The notes under the pieces are model-generated. The model was given only the letters and a program-made list of their open reading frames with translations. It was not told where the DNA came from and made no database searches. Below, piece after piece: positions 29,933-38,916 of a stretch of 64,000 bases of DNA. The number at the start of each line of letters is the position of its first letter. Position 1 is the first letter of the stretch. The stretch covers positions 70,400 to 134,399 of the forward strand of contig CAZFHY010000011.1 in assembly GCA_964519305.1 (NCBI GenBank). Direction: 5' to 3'. Origin of the DNA: Candidatus Undinarchaeota archaeon. Lineage in GTDB: Archaea > SpSt-1190 > JASMDC01. The position numbers and the translations under genes were made by a program.

Positions 29933-30412
29933 ATGCCCATGAAAAAGCACGAGTTCGACAGGAAGCGTACAAAATGGTTGCGTGAGAAACAGATCCTTAT
30001 GGGGAGGATAGTTCGCTTCCTTCGGGAGAATGCCGAGACTGTATACTCGGGTGAGGAACTTGAGAAGCAGTTCGGTAAGTTCCTCCGGTTCGAATATGGG
30101 GCCCTTCTCAAGGATGCTATAGTGGTGCGTATGGAGGGGATGTCGTACTTCTACAGTCCCCCGCCCGACCTCAATCCCCGCCTTTCCGTAGATACATGGG
30201 TTGAACATGACTACTGCACCTATGAGCATGGCTCGGATCGGTGTACCGTCCTGGGTAAGAGTGGCGTCATCACACGCATCGTGGAGCCTGATCTGGATGC
30301 CGACGTGTTCGAACACCGGTACGAGGTGGACTTCGACAACACCATCCTTACACTCAAGAGCAACAACCTTCGTATCATGACCGAATCCGAACGAGAGGGG
30401 GGGTCCCGATAG
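29933..30412 (+). CDS. Hypothetical protein, possibly a winged-helix regulator at the 5' border of the BMC locus.
   Basis: 159 aa. N-terminal KRTKWLREKQILMGRIVRFLRENAETVYSGEELEKQFG. Its TAG stop (30410-30412) overlaps the putative ATA start of the next gene. Confidence 0.45.
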   Translation: MPMKKHEFDRKRTKWLREKQILMGRIVRFLRENAETVYSGEELEKQFGKFLRFEYGALLKDAIVVRMEGMSYFYSPPPDLNPRLSVDTWVEHDYCTYEHGSDRCTVLGKSGVITRIVEPDLDADVFEHRYEVDFDNTILTLKSNNLRIMTESEREGGSR

Positions 30413-30888
30413 CCATCCTAGCAATCCCTGCACGTGGATCGGACCAGGCTGCACTCGTTGCCTCGGATCTCGGTTCGGCGCCCTATATCCTTATCATAGA
30501 CACGGAAACGAAGGGTGTAGATGCCGTTCGTAACCGGCCTGAACGGGATGGTGGGGAGCCAGGCGAACGGGCAGCCCGACTAATCATAGCTAGAAATGCA
30601 ACGACCGTTCTCTTGGGGGACGCGGACCCCCGGGCAGTGGCAATGCTCGAGGCAAGTGGCGCAGAGGTCCGGCGAGGCCACAGTGGGGCTGTGACCGTGG
30701 TGCTGGAGCGACTGGAACCAAAAGGGGCCATCGGCGTGGACGAATGTTTCTGTCCGAATTGCAGCTACGCTCAGCGGCGCACTGGAACGCGGCCCTGTTA
30801 CCAACGCAAATGCCCTCAGTGCGGCAGTACCATGGACCGGCGATGGGTTACCCCCTATAAGTGGGGCGCATTTAATCCGGGACGGTAA
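30409..30888 (+). CDS. Dinitrogenase FeMo-cofactor-binding-fold (Nitro_FeMo-Co / NifX-NifB-like) protein fused to a C-terminal Cys4 zinc ribbon. The start is non-canonical or uncertain.
   Basis: In-frame translation from 30412: AILAIPARGSDQAALVASDLGSAPYILIIDTETKGVDAVRNRPE…ARLIIARNATTVLLGDADPRAVAMLEASGAEV… matches the family, which normally begins MKIAIP. Then CFCPNCSYAQRRTGTRPCYQRKCPQCG. There is no ATG/GTG/TTG between the stop at 30289 and the TTG at 30613. Confidence 0.55.
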   Translation: MAILAIPARGSDQAALVASDLGSAPYILIIDTETKGVDAVRNRPERDGGEPGERAARLIIARNATTVLLGDADPRAVAMLEASGAEVRRGHSGAVTVVLERLEPKGAIGVDECFCPNCSYAQRRTGTRPCYQRKCPQCGSTMDRRWVTPYKWGAFNPGR

Positions 30889-30915
30889 CCAAAAGCGGAG
30901 GCCGCCGCGCCCTCC

Positions 30916-30928
30916 ATAATATTAAATA
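30916..30928 (+). promoter_or_regulatory. TATA-box-like element (ATAATATTAAATA) about 40 nt upstream of the first BMC shell gene.
   Basis: AT-rich motif in otherwise GC-rich intergenic sequence, at a plausible archaeal TATA distance. Confidence 0.3.
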
Positions 30929-30965
30929 GCTTAGCGTCCTCGCCCTCTCCCGATAACGAGAGCGG

Positions 30966-31613
30966 ATGCCCATGACCGAACAGAAGGTGCAGCTAAGATG
31001 CTACAGCTACATAGACATGATGCAGCCACAGTTCGCCTCGTACTTCGCCACAGTGGCCCGAGGTTACCTCCCAAAGGCAGGCCAGGCCGCCCTCTTCATC
31101 GAGATCGCTCCGGGGATGCCTATCAATCGGATCACTGACGTGGCCGTCAAAGCCACCTCCGTCACCGTCGGCGAGCTCATCGTCGAGCGATCCTTCGGAT
31201 TCCTGGAAATCCACCACGACTCACAGGCCGAAGTGATGCAGGCGGGTCAGGCAATCCTCGATTATCTGGGTATCGACGAATCCGACCGGCTCAAGCCCAA
31301 GCTAGTCACAAACCAGATCATCAAACGGGTGAACGATTATCACTCTATGCTCATCAATCGCAGTACCAAAGGGATGATGCTCGTGCGGGACCAGTCCCTG
31401 TACATAGGTGAGACCGTACCTGCGGGCTATGCTGCGTACGCTGCCAACGAGGCCGAGAAGGCCGCTGATATCAACATTATCAACGTGCGCGCTGTTGGGC
31501 GTTTCGGACGGTACTATATCGGCGGGACCGAGTCAGAGGTCCAAGCGGCCATGCAGGCCGCGACCGTTGCGGTGAACGCTCTGGAAGGTAAGGAAGAGGA
31601 GCGAAAGAAATAG
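30966..31613 (+). CDS. BMC-T shell protein (tandem/permuted BMC domains, EutL/PduB-like).
   Basis: 215 aa. Two BMC-domain halves (…FGFLEIHHDSQAEVMQAGQAILDYLG… and …VGRFGRYYIGGTESEVQAAMQAATVAV…). Confidence 0.75.
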   Translation: MPMTEQKVQLRCYSYIDMMQPQFASYFATVARGYLPKAGQAALFIEIAPGMPINRITDVAVKATSVTVGELIVERSFGFLEIHHDSQAEVMQAGQAILDYLGIDESDRLKPKLVTNQIIKRVNDYHSMLINRSTKGMMLVRDQSLYIGETVPAGYAAYAANEAEKAADINIINVRAVGRFGRYYIGGTESEVQAAMQAATVAVNALEGKEEERKK

Positions 31614-31637
31614 ATACCCCGAGCCCCGCACCGGGTG

Positions 31638-31649
31638 TTATAATTTAAA
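31638..31649 (+). promoter_or_regulatory. TATA-like element (TTATAATTTAAA) upstream of the BMC-H gene. A GGAGG Shine-Dalgarno-like motif lies at 31706-31710.
   Basis: Motif position relative to the 31721 start. Confidence 0.3.
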
Positions 31650-31720
31650 GGAATACGTACGTTATACCTATCTCCCGAAGGGAGAACTGTTCACTGAAAG
31701 AGTATCGGAGGCTACCATAA

Positions 31721-32035
31721 ATGGAAGGTAACATCGCACTCGGCATGATTGAAACACGGGGCCTTGTAGGCTCTATCGAGGCCGCGGACGCCATGGTCAA
31801 GGCGGCACGGGTCAATCTCATTGGCAAGGAATTCATCGGTGGAGGCTATGTCACCGTGATGGTACGTGGTGATGTGGGAGCCGTGAAGGCTGCTGTCGAC
31901 GCTGGCGCTGCTGCTGCTAAGCGCGTCGGTGAGCTAGTGTCTGTGCACGTCATACCTCGCCCTCATGGCGAGGTGGAGTACATCCTCCCCAGTATCGACA
32001 CGGCGGCCGAGCATCCGGTCGTCAAGAAGAAATAG
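31721..32035 (+). CDS. BMC-H shell protein (Pfam00936, PduA/EutM-like hexamer).
   Basis: 104 aa. [30 protein letters not shown]…[26 protein letters not shown]. Confidence 0.9.
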   Translation: MEGNIALGMIETRGLVGSIEAADAMVKAARVNLIGKEFIGGGYVTVMVRGDVGAVKAAVDAGAAAAKRVGELVSVHVIPRPHGEVEYILPSIDTAAEHPVVKKK

Positions 32036-32047
32036 GGTCGCATCGTG

Positions 32048-32078
32048 AGACCGCCCCCGGTCACATCGGGGGCGGTCT
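32048..32078 (+). terminator. Perfect 12-bp GC-rich stem-loop (AGACCGCCCCCG-gtcacat-CGGGGGCGGTCT) immediately after BMC-H. Attenuator/terminator-like.
   Basis: Inverted repeat read directly from the sequence. No oligo-T follows, so a function as an intrinsic terminator is uncertain. Confidence 0.35.
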
Positions 32079-32110
32079 GACCCGGTATCTGGGAAGAGGG
32101 GTCGTCTCGT

Positions 32111-32839
32111 ATGGACGCTGATGAGCTGATTGAGGAGATTACGACTGAGGTCATCAAGCGTTTCGATCCAACTTTTATCCGTATAGAGGATCGTCGTATT
32201 CTTGTCGTGCTCCACACTCCCGATAGGCATGTGCCTCAGGCCCTGACACGGCTCCTTGAGGATGTCGGTCCGCCGGGTGATCGGGATATCCTGGTCACCC
32301 CGGAAGTGCGTTCTTACTTGGCAGGACTCGGTATCAATTGTCGGGACCACGCTCGCGACGTCCTAGAGCCTGATGCAGTTCCCGGGATCCTCCATCGCCT
32401 CCACGAATATCGCATGGTTGTCGTCCCGGCTTTGAACTTCCATACAGTGCGCGCTATCGCCGAGCTGCGTGACGAGGATCCATTCGCACAACTTGTGCTC
32501 CAAGCACTGCTACGAGGATTGAAGGTTGTGATGCTCACCGATGCACTAGTACCTGCACATCGCGAGGGGGCGTCCGTGGCCCCCGGCCTTACGGCCGCGG
32601 CCGAGGATAACTTAAAAAAGCTACTTACCTACAACATCGTGCTCGTACGGCTTGATGAGATTGGGGCGGCGGTGGCCGAGAAGAAAGCACCTATGTCCAA
32701 GGACCTCATCACCGAGCAAGACATCATTGACCTCAAGAACGGCGATGTGACCGGACTAAGGGTGTCCCCCCGGGCCATCGTGACGCCGCTGGCGCGCGAC
32801 AAGGCGAAGGAATTGGGCATCACGATCATCCGGGAATGA
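32111..32839 (+). CDS. BMC-associated protein of unknown function with an N-terminal encapsulation-peptide-like helix. Its central domain is homologous to the N-terminal extension of the DeoC at 40069..41487.
   Basis: 242 aa. N-terminal MDADELIEEITTEVIKRF (amphipathic). Segments ILVVLHTPDR…, RMVVVPALNFHTVRAIAELRD…LKVVMLTDAL align with DeoC residues about 53-190. Confidence 0.7.
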   Translation: MDADELIEEITTEVIKRFDPTFIRIEDRRILVVLHTPDRHVPQALTRLLEDVGPPGDRDILVTPEVRSYLAGLGINCRDHARDVLEPDAVPGILHRLHEYRMVVVPALNFHTVRAIAELRDEDPFAQLVLQALLRGLKVVMLTDALVPAHREGASVAPGLTAAAEDNLKKLLTYNIVLVRLDEIGAAVAEKKAPMSKDLITEQDIIDLKNGDVTGLRVSPRAIVTPLARDKAKELGITIIRE

Positions 32840-32877
32840 GGTTCGGGGGGCTTGTACGGCGAGAGGGGTAAGCGTCA

Positions 32878-33192
32878 ATGGACGTATGCAAGGTAATAGG
32901 CGATATCGTCAGCACACGAAAGGACCCTAAGGCAGAGGGTTTCAAGCTACTTGTAGTACAACAGTTGGACATGCTTACCCAAAAACCCAAAGGCTACACC
33001 CTTGTGGCGGCAGATACAGTCGGTGCCGGCATGGGCGAAGTCGTGCTGGTTGTGCGCGGGAGCTCTTCGCGTATGACACAGCTTACCAATGAGAAACCCA
33101 TCGATGCAGCCATCATGGGGATCATCGACTACATACATATCGACGGGGAGCGGGTGTACTCCAAGTACCCCGACCGCGACCTGGAGACCTAG
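32878..33192 (+). CDS. BMC-P vertex protein (EutN/CcmL/PduN family, Pfam03319), paralog 1.
   Basis: 104 aa. MDVCKVIGDIVSTRKDPKAEGFKLLVVQQLD. Confidence 0.85.
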   Translation: MDVCKVIGDIVSTRKDPKAEGFKLLVVQQLDMLTQKPKGYTLVAADTVGAGMGEVVLVVRGSSSRMTQLTNEKPIDAAIMGIIDYIHIDGERVYSKYPDRDLET

Positions 33193-33203
33193 GGGGATAG
33201 AAC

Positions 33204-34634
33204 ATGGAAGTCACCGAGGACCAGATATCAAACATCGTCGAGGCAGTGCTCAAGAACGTGCAGAGCCAACTGGGCGACATGCCTGCGGCACGCGCGGGAA
33301 CTTCTCCGAAAGGTGAGGACGGGATCTTCGCAACCATTGACGAGGCCGTCACGCACGCGCTCGCGGCGCAGGAACAGTTCGTAGAACTGGGGCTGTCCAA
33401 GCGCGTCGAGATAATCCGGGCTATCCGGGATGCCATGGAAGAGAACGCGCGCACCTTGGCCGAGATGGCAGTGCGTGAGTCCGGGTTCGGCCGGATCGAG
33501 GACAAGGTCAAGAAGAACCTGCTCGCAGCCAAGAAGGCCCCGGGTACCGAGGCACTGCCTGCCGCCGCTAAGAGCGGCGACGATGGCCTCACACTCGTGG
33601 AACGAGGTCCTTACGGTGTCATCGGTTCCATCACACCCACAACCAATCCCGTGGCCACCATCACATCAAATGCCATCTCGATGCTCGCCGGGGGCAACAG
33701 CGTCGTGTTCAATCCCCATCCGAGGTCAAAGGGCGTCACCAACCGTGCAATCCAGATCATCAACCAGGCCGTCGTGACAGCGGGGGGTCCTCCGAACCTT
33801 CTCGGTTCTGTCATCGAGCCGACCATCGAGACATCGAACGAACTGATGAACCATCCGAGGATAAGGATGCTGATGGTCACCGGCGGTCCCGGCGTTGTGA
33901 CCGTGGCCATGAAGACCGGTAAGAAGGTCGTGGCCGCAGGTCCGGGAAATCCGCCTGTCATCGTGGACGATACCGCGAACATCCCTAGAGCCGCTAAGGA
34001 CATCGTGGACGGGGCAAGCTTCGATAACAATGTGCTTTGCATCGCTGAGAAGGAAGTGTACTGTTTCGAGGACGTCACCGACCCGCTCAAAGAGGAGATG
34101 AAGAAGCACGGCGCCTACGAGATCAGCGGTAAGCAGATCGAGGACCTGATATCCCTCGTGTTCGTGGATCCCGCCGGGGAACATCCCAAGGTCAACACGA
34201 AGTGGGTGGGTATCGACGCTTGGCGCATACTCAGAGAGATCGATATCCGCGTCAACGAGGATGTCCGGCTCATTATTGCCGAGGTCCCCGATGAACATCC
34301 TTTCGTCAATGCCGAGATGCTCATGCCCGTGCTACCTATCGTACGGGTGAGCACCATCGAGGAAGCGCTGGAGAGAGCGAAGCGCGCCGAGCACGGTTTC
34401 CGCCACACGGCCTGCATGCACTCTGAGAGCGTCTCCAACATGAGCTATGTAGCACGCTATATAGACACTACAATATTCGTCAAGAACGCCCCCTCCTATG
34501 CCGGTCTCGGTTTCGGTGGCGAGGGGCATGCCTCCCTGAGCATCGCCGGACCGACGGGGGAGGGTATCACAGGGCCTTTTGCCTTCACCCGCGAACGACG
34601 GTGCGTGCTCGCGGGATCCTTCCGTATCGTGTGA
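33204..34634 (+). CDS. CoA-acylating aldehyde dehydrogenase (PduP/EutE-like) with an N-terminal encapsulation peptide.
   Basis: 476 aa. N-terminal MEVTEDQISNIVEAVLKNV. Catalytic Cys in NNVLCIAEKE. ALDH fold motifs. Confidence 0.9.
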   Translation: MEVTEDQISNIVEAVLKNVQSQLGDMPAARAGTSPKGEDGIFATIDEAVTHALAAQEQFVELGLSKRVEIIRAIRDAMEENARTLAEMAVRESGFGRIEDKVKKNLLAAKKAPGTEALPAAAKSGDDGLTLVERGPYGVIGSITPTTNPVATITSNAISMLAGGNSVVFNPHPRSKGVTNRAIQIINQAVVTAGGPPNLLGSVIEPTIETSNELMNHPRIRMLMVTGGPGVVTVAMKTGKKVVAAGPGNPPVIVDDTANIPRAAKDIVDGASFDNNVLCIAEKEVYCFEDVTDPLKEEMKKHGAYEISGKQIEDLISLVFVDPAGEHPKVNTKWVGIDAWRILREIDIRVNEDVRLIIAEVPDEHPFVNAEMLMPVLPIVRVSTIEEALERAKRAEHGFRHTACMHSESVSNMSYVARYIDTTIFVKNAPSYAGLGFGGEGHASLSIAGPTGEGITGPFAFTRERRCVLAGSFRIV

Positions 34635-34645
34635 GTGAGTGAACC

Positions 34646-35980
34646 ATGGCCAAGAAACCCATCGACGCTATCAGGGACGCAGGTATTGTAGGGGCCGGAG
34701 GTGCCGGTTTCCCCACCCATGTCAAGTTGTCAGCAAAGGTCGACACAGTGATCGTCAACGGCGCTGAGTGTGAACCACTGCTCAAGGTGGACCAGCAGCT
34801 CACCGCCCTCCACGCCGAGGGGGTGGTCGCGGGTCTAGAGACAGCCATGGAGCTCACTGGTGCCGAGCGCGGTATCATCGCTCTTAAAGCGAAGTACAAG
34901 GCAGCCATCGAAGCGTTAACCCCTCTTATCGAGGGCAAGGACAACATAAGTATCGAGCTGCTGGGTAACTTCTACCCGGCAGGTGACGAGCAAGTGCTCG
35001 TGTATGAACTGTTGGGACGTATCGTGCCCGAGGGGGGCATCCCCTTGGAAGTCGGCGTAGTGGTCCAGAATGTGGGCACACTTATCAATATCGCAAAGGC
35101 CGTGAAGGGCGGAGTCCCGGTCACATCCCGGGCGTTGACCGTCGCTGGCGCTGTGGCGGAGCCCATGACCGTTGAGGTCCCTGTCGGGACGCCCCTACGC
35201 GAGCTCGTGGCCATGGCCGGTGGACCCACCGACGAGCCCTATAGCGTCCTTGTGGGAGGTCCTATGATGGGGAAGGTCGAGACCGACCTTGATACACCTA
35301 TCGACAAGACTACCTCTGGTATCGTCGTCCTCCCGTCGGACCATCCGCTCATGATCAAGAAGCAGGACGATATGTCCCGCAAGCTCAAACTTGCTCGGGC
35401 GGTGTGCATAAGGTGCAGCCTCTGCACACAGACCTGCCCACGCAGCTTGTTGGGCCACCATCTCTGGCCGGACCGGCTAATGCGTGCAATGGCCTACAAT
35501 GTCACGTGCGATCCGTCCGACCTCACAAACGCATTCCTGTGTGTCGAATGTGGTGTCTGCACGACCTACGCCTGTCCAATGGGACTGGACCCGTGTGCTA
35601 TGAACCGGGAGATCAAGGCACGTCTGGCCAAGGAGGGAATGGACAATCCCCATCGGGCCAAGGACCTGACCCCGAACCAGTACCGCTCGACACGCAAGAT
35701 ACCGACCTACCGGCTCGTCGGCCGACTGGGCCTGCTGGAGTACGATCGCGAGGCACCAGTGCGAGCGGTCGACCACCCTGTCCGAAAGGTGCGCATACCG
35801 CTCAAGCAGCACATCGGCGCACCCGCCAAGCCCACGGTGATCGTGGGCGATATCGTGAAGGAAGGGGATGTCATCGCCGAGATCCCAGAGGGGGCCCTGG
35901 GGGCCCGTGTTCACGCGTCCATTGCGGGGCGCGTTACTAAGATACTCGACCACATCGAGATAACCGCGGAGGAGAAGTGA
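34646..35980 (+). CDS. PduS-like Fe-S flavoprotein (RnfC/NuoF-related: Complex1_51K/SLBB N-terminus, two 4Fe-4S motifs, RnfC_N-like barrel at the C-terminus).
   Basis: 444 aa. GAGGAGFPTHVKL…VIVNGAECEPLL; CIRCSLCTQTCP and CVECGVCTTYCP ferredoxin motifs; C-terminal GDVIAEIPEGALGARVHASIAGRV. Confidence 0.8.
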   Translation: MAKKPIDAIRDAGIVGAGGAGFPTHVKLSAKVDTVIVNGAECEPLLKVDQQLTALHAEGVVAGLETAMELTGAERGIIALKAKYKAAIEALTPLIEGKDNISIELLGNFYPAGDEQVLVYELLGRIVPEGGIPLEVGVVVQNVGTLINIAKAVKGGVPVTSRALTVAGAVAEPMTVEVPVGTPLRELVAMAGGPTDEPYSVLVGGPMMGKVETDLDTPIDKTTSGIVVLPSDHPLMIKKQDDMSRKLKLARAVCIRCSLCTQTCPRSLLGHHLWPDRLMRAMAYNVTCDPSDLTNAFLCVECGVCTTYACPMGLDPCAMNREIKARLAKEGMDNPHRAKDLTPNQYRSTRKIPTYRLVGRLGLLEYDREAPVRAVDHPVRKVRIPLKQHIGAPAKPTVIVGDIVKEGDVIAEIPEGALGARVHASIAGRVTKILDHIEITAEEK

Positions 35981-35984
35981 TCAT

Positions 35985-36533
35985 ATGGTCCATGCTATCG
36001 GTCTTGTAGAAACCAACAACGTCGCCAAGGGCATCGAGTGCTGTGACGTGATGCTCAAGCGCTCGGATGTCGAGGCTATCGCCTCCTATCCAGTCTGTCC
36101 CGGGAAGTACATAATCCTCATCGCTGGCGAGGTGGCAGCAGTACGTTCGTCGGTGGACGCGGGCAAGCTTCAGGCCCAAGACTCCCTGGTGGACGACTTC
36201 GTTATCCCGAACATCCATCCACAGGTATTCCCTGCCATCCAGGCCACGACCGATGTGGACAATCTCCAGGCATTGGGTGTCATCGAGACCTTCTCGCTCT
36301 CATCCTGCATCGTGGCTGCCGACTTCGCGGTGAAGGCCGCGGACATCACGCTCATCGAGATCCGTCTCGGACGTGCTCTCGGGGGCAAGTCATTCGTCAC
36401 CTTGACGGGGGATACGGCCGCTGTTCGTTCAGCGGTCCAGGCCGGAGTGGAATCCGTGCGCGAGGACGGGCTCCTCCTTGACTACGTGGTGATCCCCTCA
36501 CCCCACCCCAACCTCCTTGAGTCCATCGTGTAA
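35985..36533 (+). CDS. BMC-T shell protein (tandem canonical BMC domains, PduT-like).
   Basis: 182 aa. Two BMC repeats (AIGLVETNNVAKGIECCDVMLK… and ALGVIETFSLSSCIVAADFAVKAADI…). Confidence 0.85.
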   Translation: MVHAIGLVETNNVAKGIECCDVMLKRSDVEAIASYPVCPGKYIILIAGEVAAVRSSVDAGKLQAQDSLVDDFVIPNIHPQVFPAIQATTDVDNLQALGVIETFSLSSCIVAADFAVKAADITLIEIRLGRALGGKSFVTLTGDTAAVRSAVQAGVESVREDGLLLDYVVIPSPHPNLLESIV

Positions 36534-36561
36534 TCCGGACAACTGAGGTGACACCGCGCTC

Positions 36562-36867
36562 ATGGAGACACCGACGGGCTGGGGGGACGCCCTCGGAATG
36601 GTGGAAACGCGGGGTCTAGTCGGTGCTGTTGAGGCTGCCGATGCCATGGTCAAGGCAGCACGGGTCTCGTTAGCGGGTCTTGAGCGTATTAGTGGTGGAC
36701 TCGTGACGGTGATGGTGCGAGGTGATGTTGGAGCAGTGAAAGCTGCAGTAGATGCCGGGGCCGCTGCTGCCCAGAGGGTCGGTGAACTCGTTGCGGTCCA
36801 CGTCATCCCCCGTCCCGACGAACTGGTCGAGGGCGTCCTTCCGCATGGCCCAGGGGGAAGATTGTAG
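36562..36867 (+). CDS. BMC-H shell protein, paralog 2.
   Basis: 101 aa. [30 protein letters not shown]…[26 protein letters not shown]. Confidence 0.85.
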   Translation: METPTGWGDALGMVETRGLVGAVEAADAMVKAARVSLAGLERISGGLVTVMVRGDVGAVKAAVDAGAAAAQRVGELVAVHVIPRPDELVEGVLPHGPGGRL

Positions 36868-37158
36868 ATGCTCATTGCCAAGGTAGTGGGAAATATCTGG
36901 GCCACTCAGAAGATACCGGTGCATGCGGACCAGAAGATAATGGTCTGTGTTCCGGTCGACCTCAAGGGGACATCCGAAGGTGACACTTTCCTGGCCATCG
37001 ACCGTGCACAGGCCGGGATCGGGGATGTCGTGCTAGTATCCCAAGAGGGAAAGTGCTGTAACATACTTATCGGTCGCGAATGGGCGGCCTGCAACTCTGC
37101 TATCCTGGGGGTAGTGGACTTCATTGAGACAGAGGAAGAATCAACACAGTTTGCGTGA
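36868..37158 (+). CDS. BMC-P vertex protein, paralog 2.
   Basis: 96 aa. MLIAKVVGNIWATQKIPVHADQKIMVCVPVD. Stop overlaps the TIM start region. Confidence 0.85.
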   Translation: MLIAKVVGNIWATQKIPVHADQKIMVCVPVDLKGTSEGDTFLAIDRAQAGIGDVVLVSQEGKCCNILIGREWAACNSAILGVVDFIETEEESTQFA

Positions 37159-37160
37159 TC

Positions 37161-38084
37161 ATGATGGACGACGAAGAACTAGCAAAAGTGGTGAGAGATG
37201 TGGTACTCTCGAAACTCCAAGAGAAAGAAGCCCGGGACGCGCTTTCGACGTCCCCTGAAGACATGTCCTCTGACGGGACCATCCCTCGTCATAACTATGC
37301 AGAGGCGGGTCATCCCCCTCTCATCGTAGCGGCGAATTGGAAGATGCACATGGATAAGCAATCGACGATCGAGTACGCCCAGGCGTTCGATCCGCCTGCC
37401 AGGGACGACCTCGCTGTTGTCGTTTGCCCACCCTATTATCTGCTATCCCTGCTCAAAGAGGCCTTGGATGACAAGCCCGTGGGGGTTGGTGCCCAGAACA
37501 TGCACCCTGAGCCAAAGGGGGCTTTCACAGGGGAGCTATCTCCGCTAATGCTCGCTGATGCGGGCTGCTCGCACGTAATCCTTGGCCACTCCGAGCGCCG
37601 ACATATCTTCGGTGAGACCGATGAACAGATCAATCCGAAGGTGGCGGCTGCCCTGGGCGCGGGGATTGCTCCAATCCTATGTGTAGGGGAGACGCTCGAC
37701 CAAAGGGAAGATGGTTCGACCATGCGCGTGATCACTAACCAGCTCACCCTTGGTCTCAATCGCATATCCATCAACGAGGTGCGCCCCCTGATAATTGCCT
37801 ACGAACCTGTGTGGGCTATCGGCACAGGGCGAGTTGCAACGCCCGAGCAAGCGCAAGAGGTCCATGCACATATCCGTGGAGTGCTCAAACAGCTCTATTC
37901 CTACAACGTTGCCCGGGACACACGCATCCTCTATGGCGGTTCTGTGAAACCGGCCAATGCTGGTGAGCTCGCACTCCAGCCCGACGTGGATGGATTCCTC
38001 GTGGGTGGTGCAGGCCTCAAACCGGACTCCTTCACCGAGATAATCCGCAACTCCCTGCACGCATTGGAGGGGGATGGTTCATAG
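37161..38084 (+). CDS. tpiA: Triosephosphate isomerase, bacterial-type (about 250-aa core) with a roughly 50-aa N-terminal extension carrying an encapsulation-peptide-like helix.
   Basis: Motifs AANWKMH, GHSERR, AYEPVWAIGTG, GGSVKP. N-terminal MMDDEELAKVVRDVVLSKLQEKEA. The frame is also open from the GTG at 37155. Confidence 0.9.
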   Translation: MMDDEELAKVVRDVVLSKLQEKEARDALSTSPEDMSSDGTIPRHNYAEAGHPPLIVAANWKMHMDKQSTIEYAQAFDPPARDDLAVVVCPPYYLLSLLKEALDDKPVGVGAQNMHPEPKGAFTGELSPLMLADAGCSHVILGHSERRHIFGETDEQINPKVAAALGAGIAPILCVGETLDQREDGSTMRVITNQLTLGLNRISINEVRPLIIAYEPVWAIGTGRVATPEQAQEVHAHIRGVLKQLYSYNVARDTRILYGGSVKPANAGELALQPDVDGFLVGGAGLKPDSFTEIIRNSLHALEGDGS

Positions 38085-38096
38085 GGGTGAAGGTGG

Positions 38097-38579
38097 TTGG
38101 ACTTCACTAAAGGAACTCGTGTCGTGATCGGTAGTGACCACGGTGGATTCGAGATCAAGGAGGCAGTGAAGGACCACCTCCAGCGTTTAGGATATTGTGT
38201 GGTGGACCTCGGATGCCATTCGCCTGATCCGGTGGACTATCCCGATATAGCCTTCCTTGTCGCCAGTGCCATAGCGACCAACGACGACACGGCCGGTATA
38301 ATGGTGGATGGTGTCGGTGTTGCTTCTGCCATGGTGGGGAACAAGGTACCTGGCGTGCGGGCCGCACCGGTATACGATGTGTTCTCGGCCCGGTCCAGTC
38401 GTGAGCACAACGATGCTAACATGCTCACTCTTGGTGCGAGGGTCACGGGGCCTGGCTTGGCGTGCCTCGTCGCCGAGGAATGGCTTGGAACCCCCTTCGG
38501 TGGGGGGCGACACGAACGACGGGTGAATAAGATCAGGGATATCGAGGCCCGGTTCATCCGGAGGGTGCCTCTGAAATAG
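38097..38579 (+). CDS. rpiB: Ribose-5-phosphate isomerase B (RpiB/LacAB family). TTG start.
   Basis: 160 aa. RVVIGSDHGGFEIKE…GVGVASAMVGNKVPGVRAA…NDANMLTLGARV. Confidence 0.85.
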   Translation: MDFTKGTRVVIGSDHGGFEIKEAVKDHLQRLGYCVVDLGCHSPDPVDYPDIAFLVASAIATNDDTAGIMVDGVGVASAMVGNKVPGVRAAPVYDVFSARSSREHNDANMLTLGARVTGPGLACLVAEEWLGTPFGGGRHERRVNKIRDIEARFIRRVPLK

Positions 38580-38916
38580 TACACCTAAGAACAAGGATTT
38601 CCCATCAGGGGGTATAAGTCGAGGGCCAGGTGTTCCCTGGCCCCCATAAGTCGTAGACTGGAATGAGAAAAAACTACTTTTTTATCGAACTAATTGAAGA
38701 AACAACCAATTAATCGATATTATGAAGAGAACTTCGCCAATACGCGAATTTAATGAAGAATACCAAGATTGGAAAGATTATACGGGATATATTTGCTCCT
38801 TGCGCCGAAAAAAGGCAATAATGTGCGGAGTGTGGCGGCCTACGCAAAGGTTCTAGATAATGCTTTTAATTAATGAGCGACCACTTGCTTGTGGACGAAC
38901 CTAGGACAAGGAGAGT
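38580..38916 (+). other. AT-rich (about 35% GC) 337-nt non-coding island inside the BMC locus, upstream of the pilin-like gene. Likely carries its promoter.
   Basis: Sharp compositional drop relative to the flanking roughly 60% GC genes. Multiple TATA-like tracts (TTTTTATCGAACTAATTGAAG…, GCTTTTAATTAATGAG). Confidence 0.4.

Noticed and set aside
29861-30454. 197-aa minus-strand ORF overlapping the 29933..30412 + gene.
   Set aside because: Less protein-like composition (G/P/H-rich). The + strand ORF was preferred, but at low confidence. Either could be wrong.
33611-34298. Minus-strand ORFs of 159-190 aa inside the aldehyde dehydrogenase gene.
   Set aside because: They are antisense to a gene with strong ALDH motifs. 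No domains.
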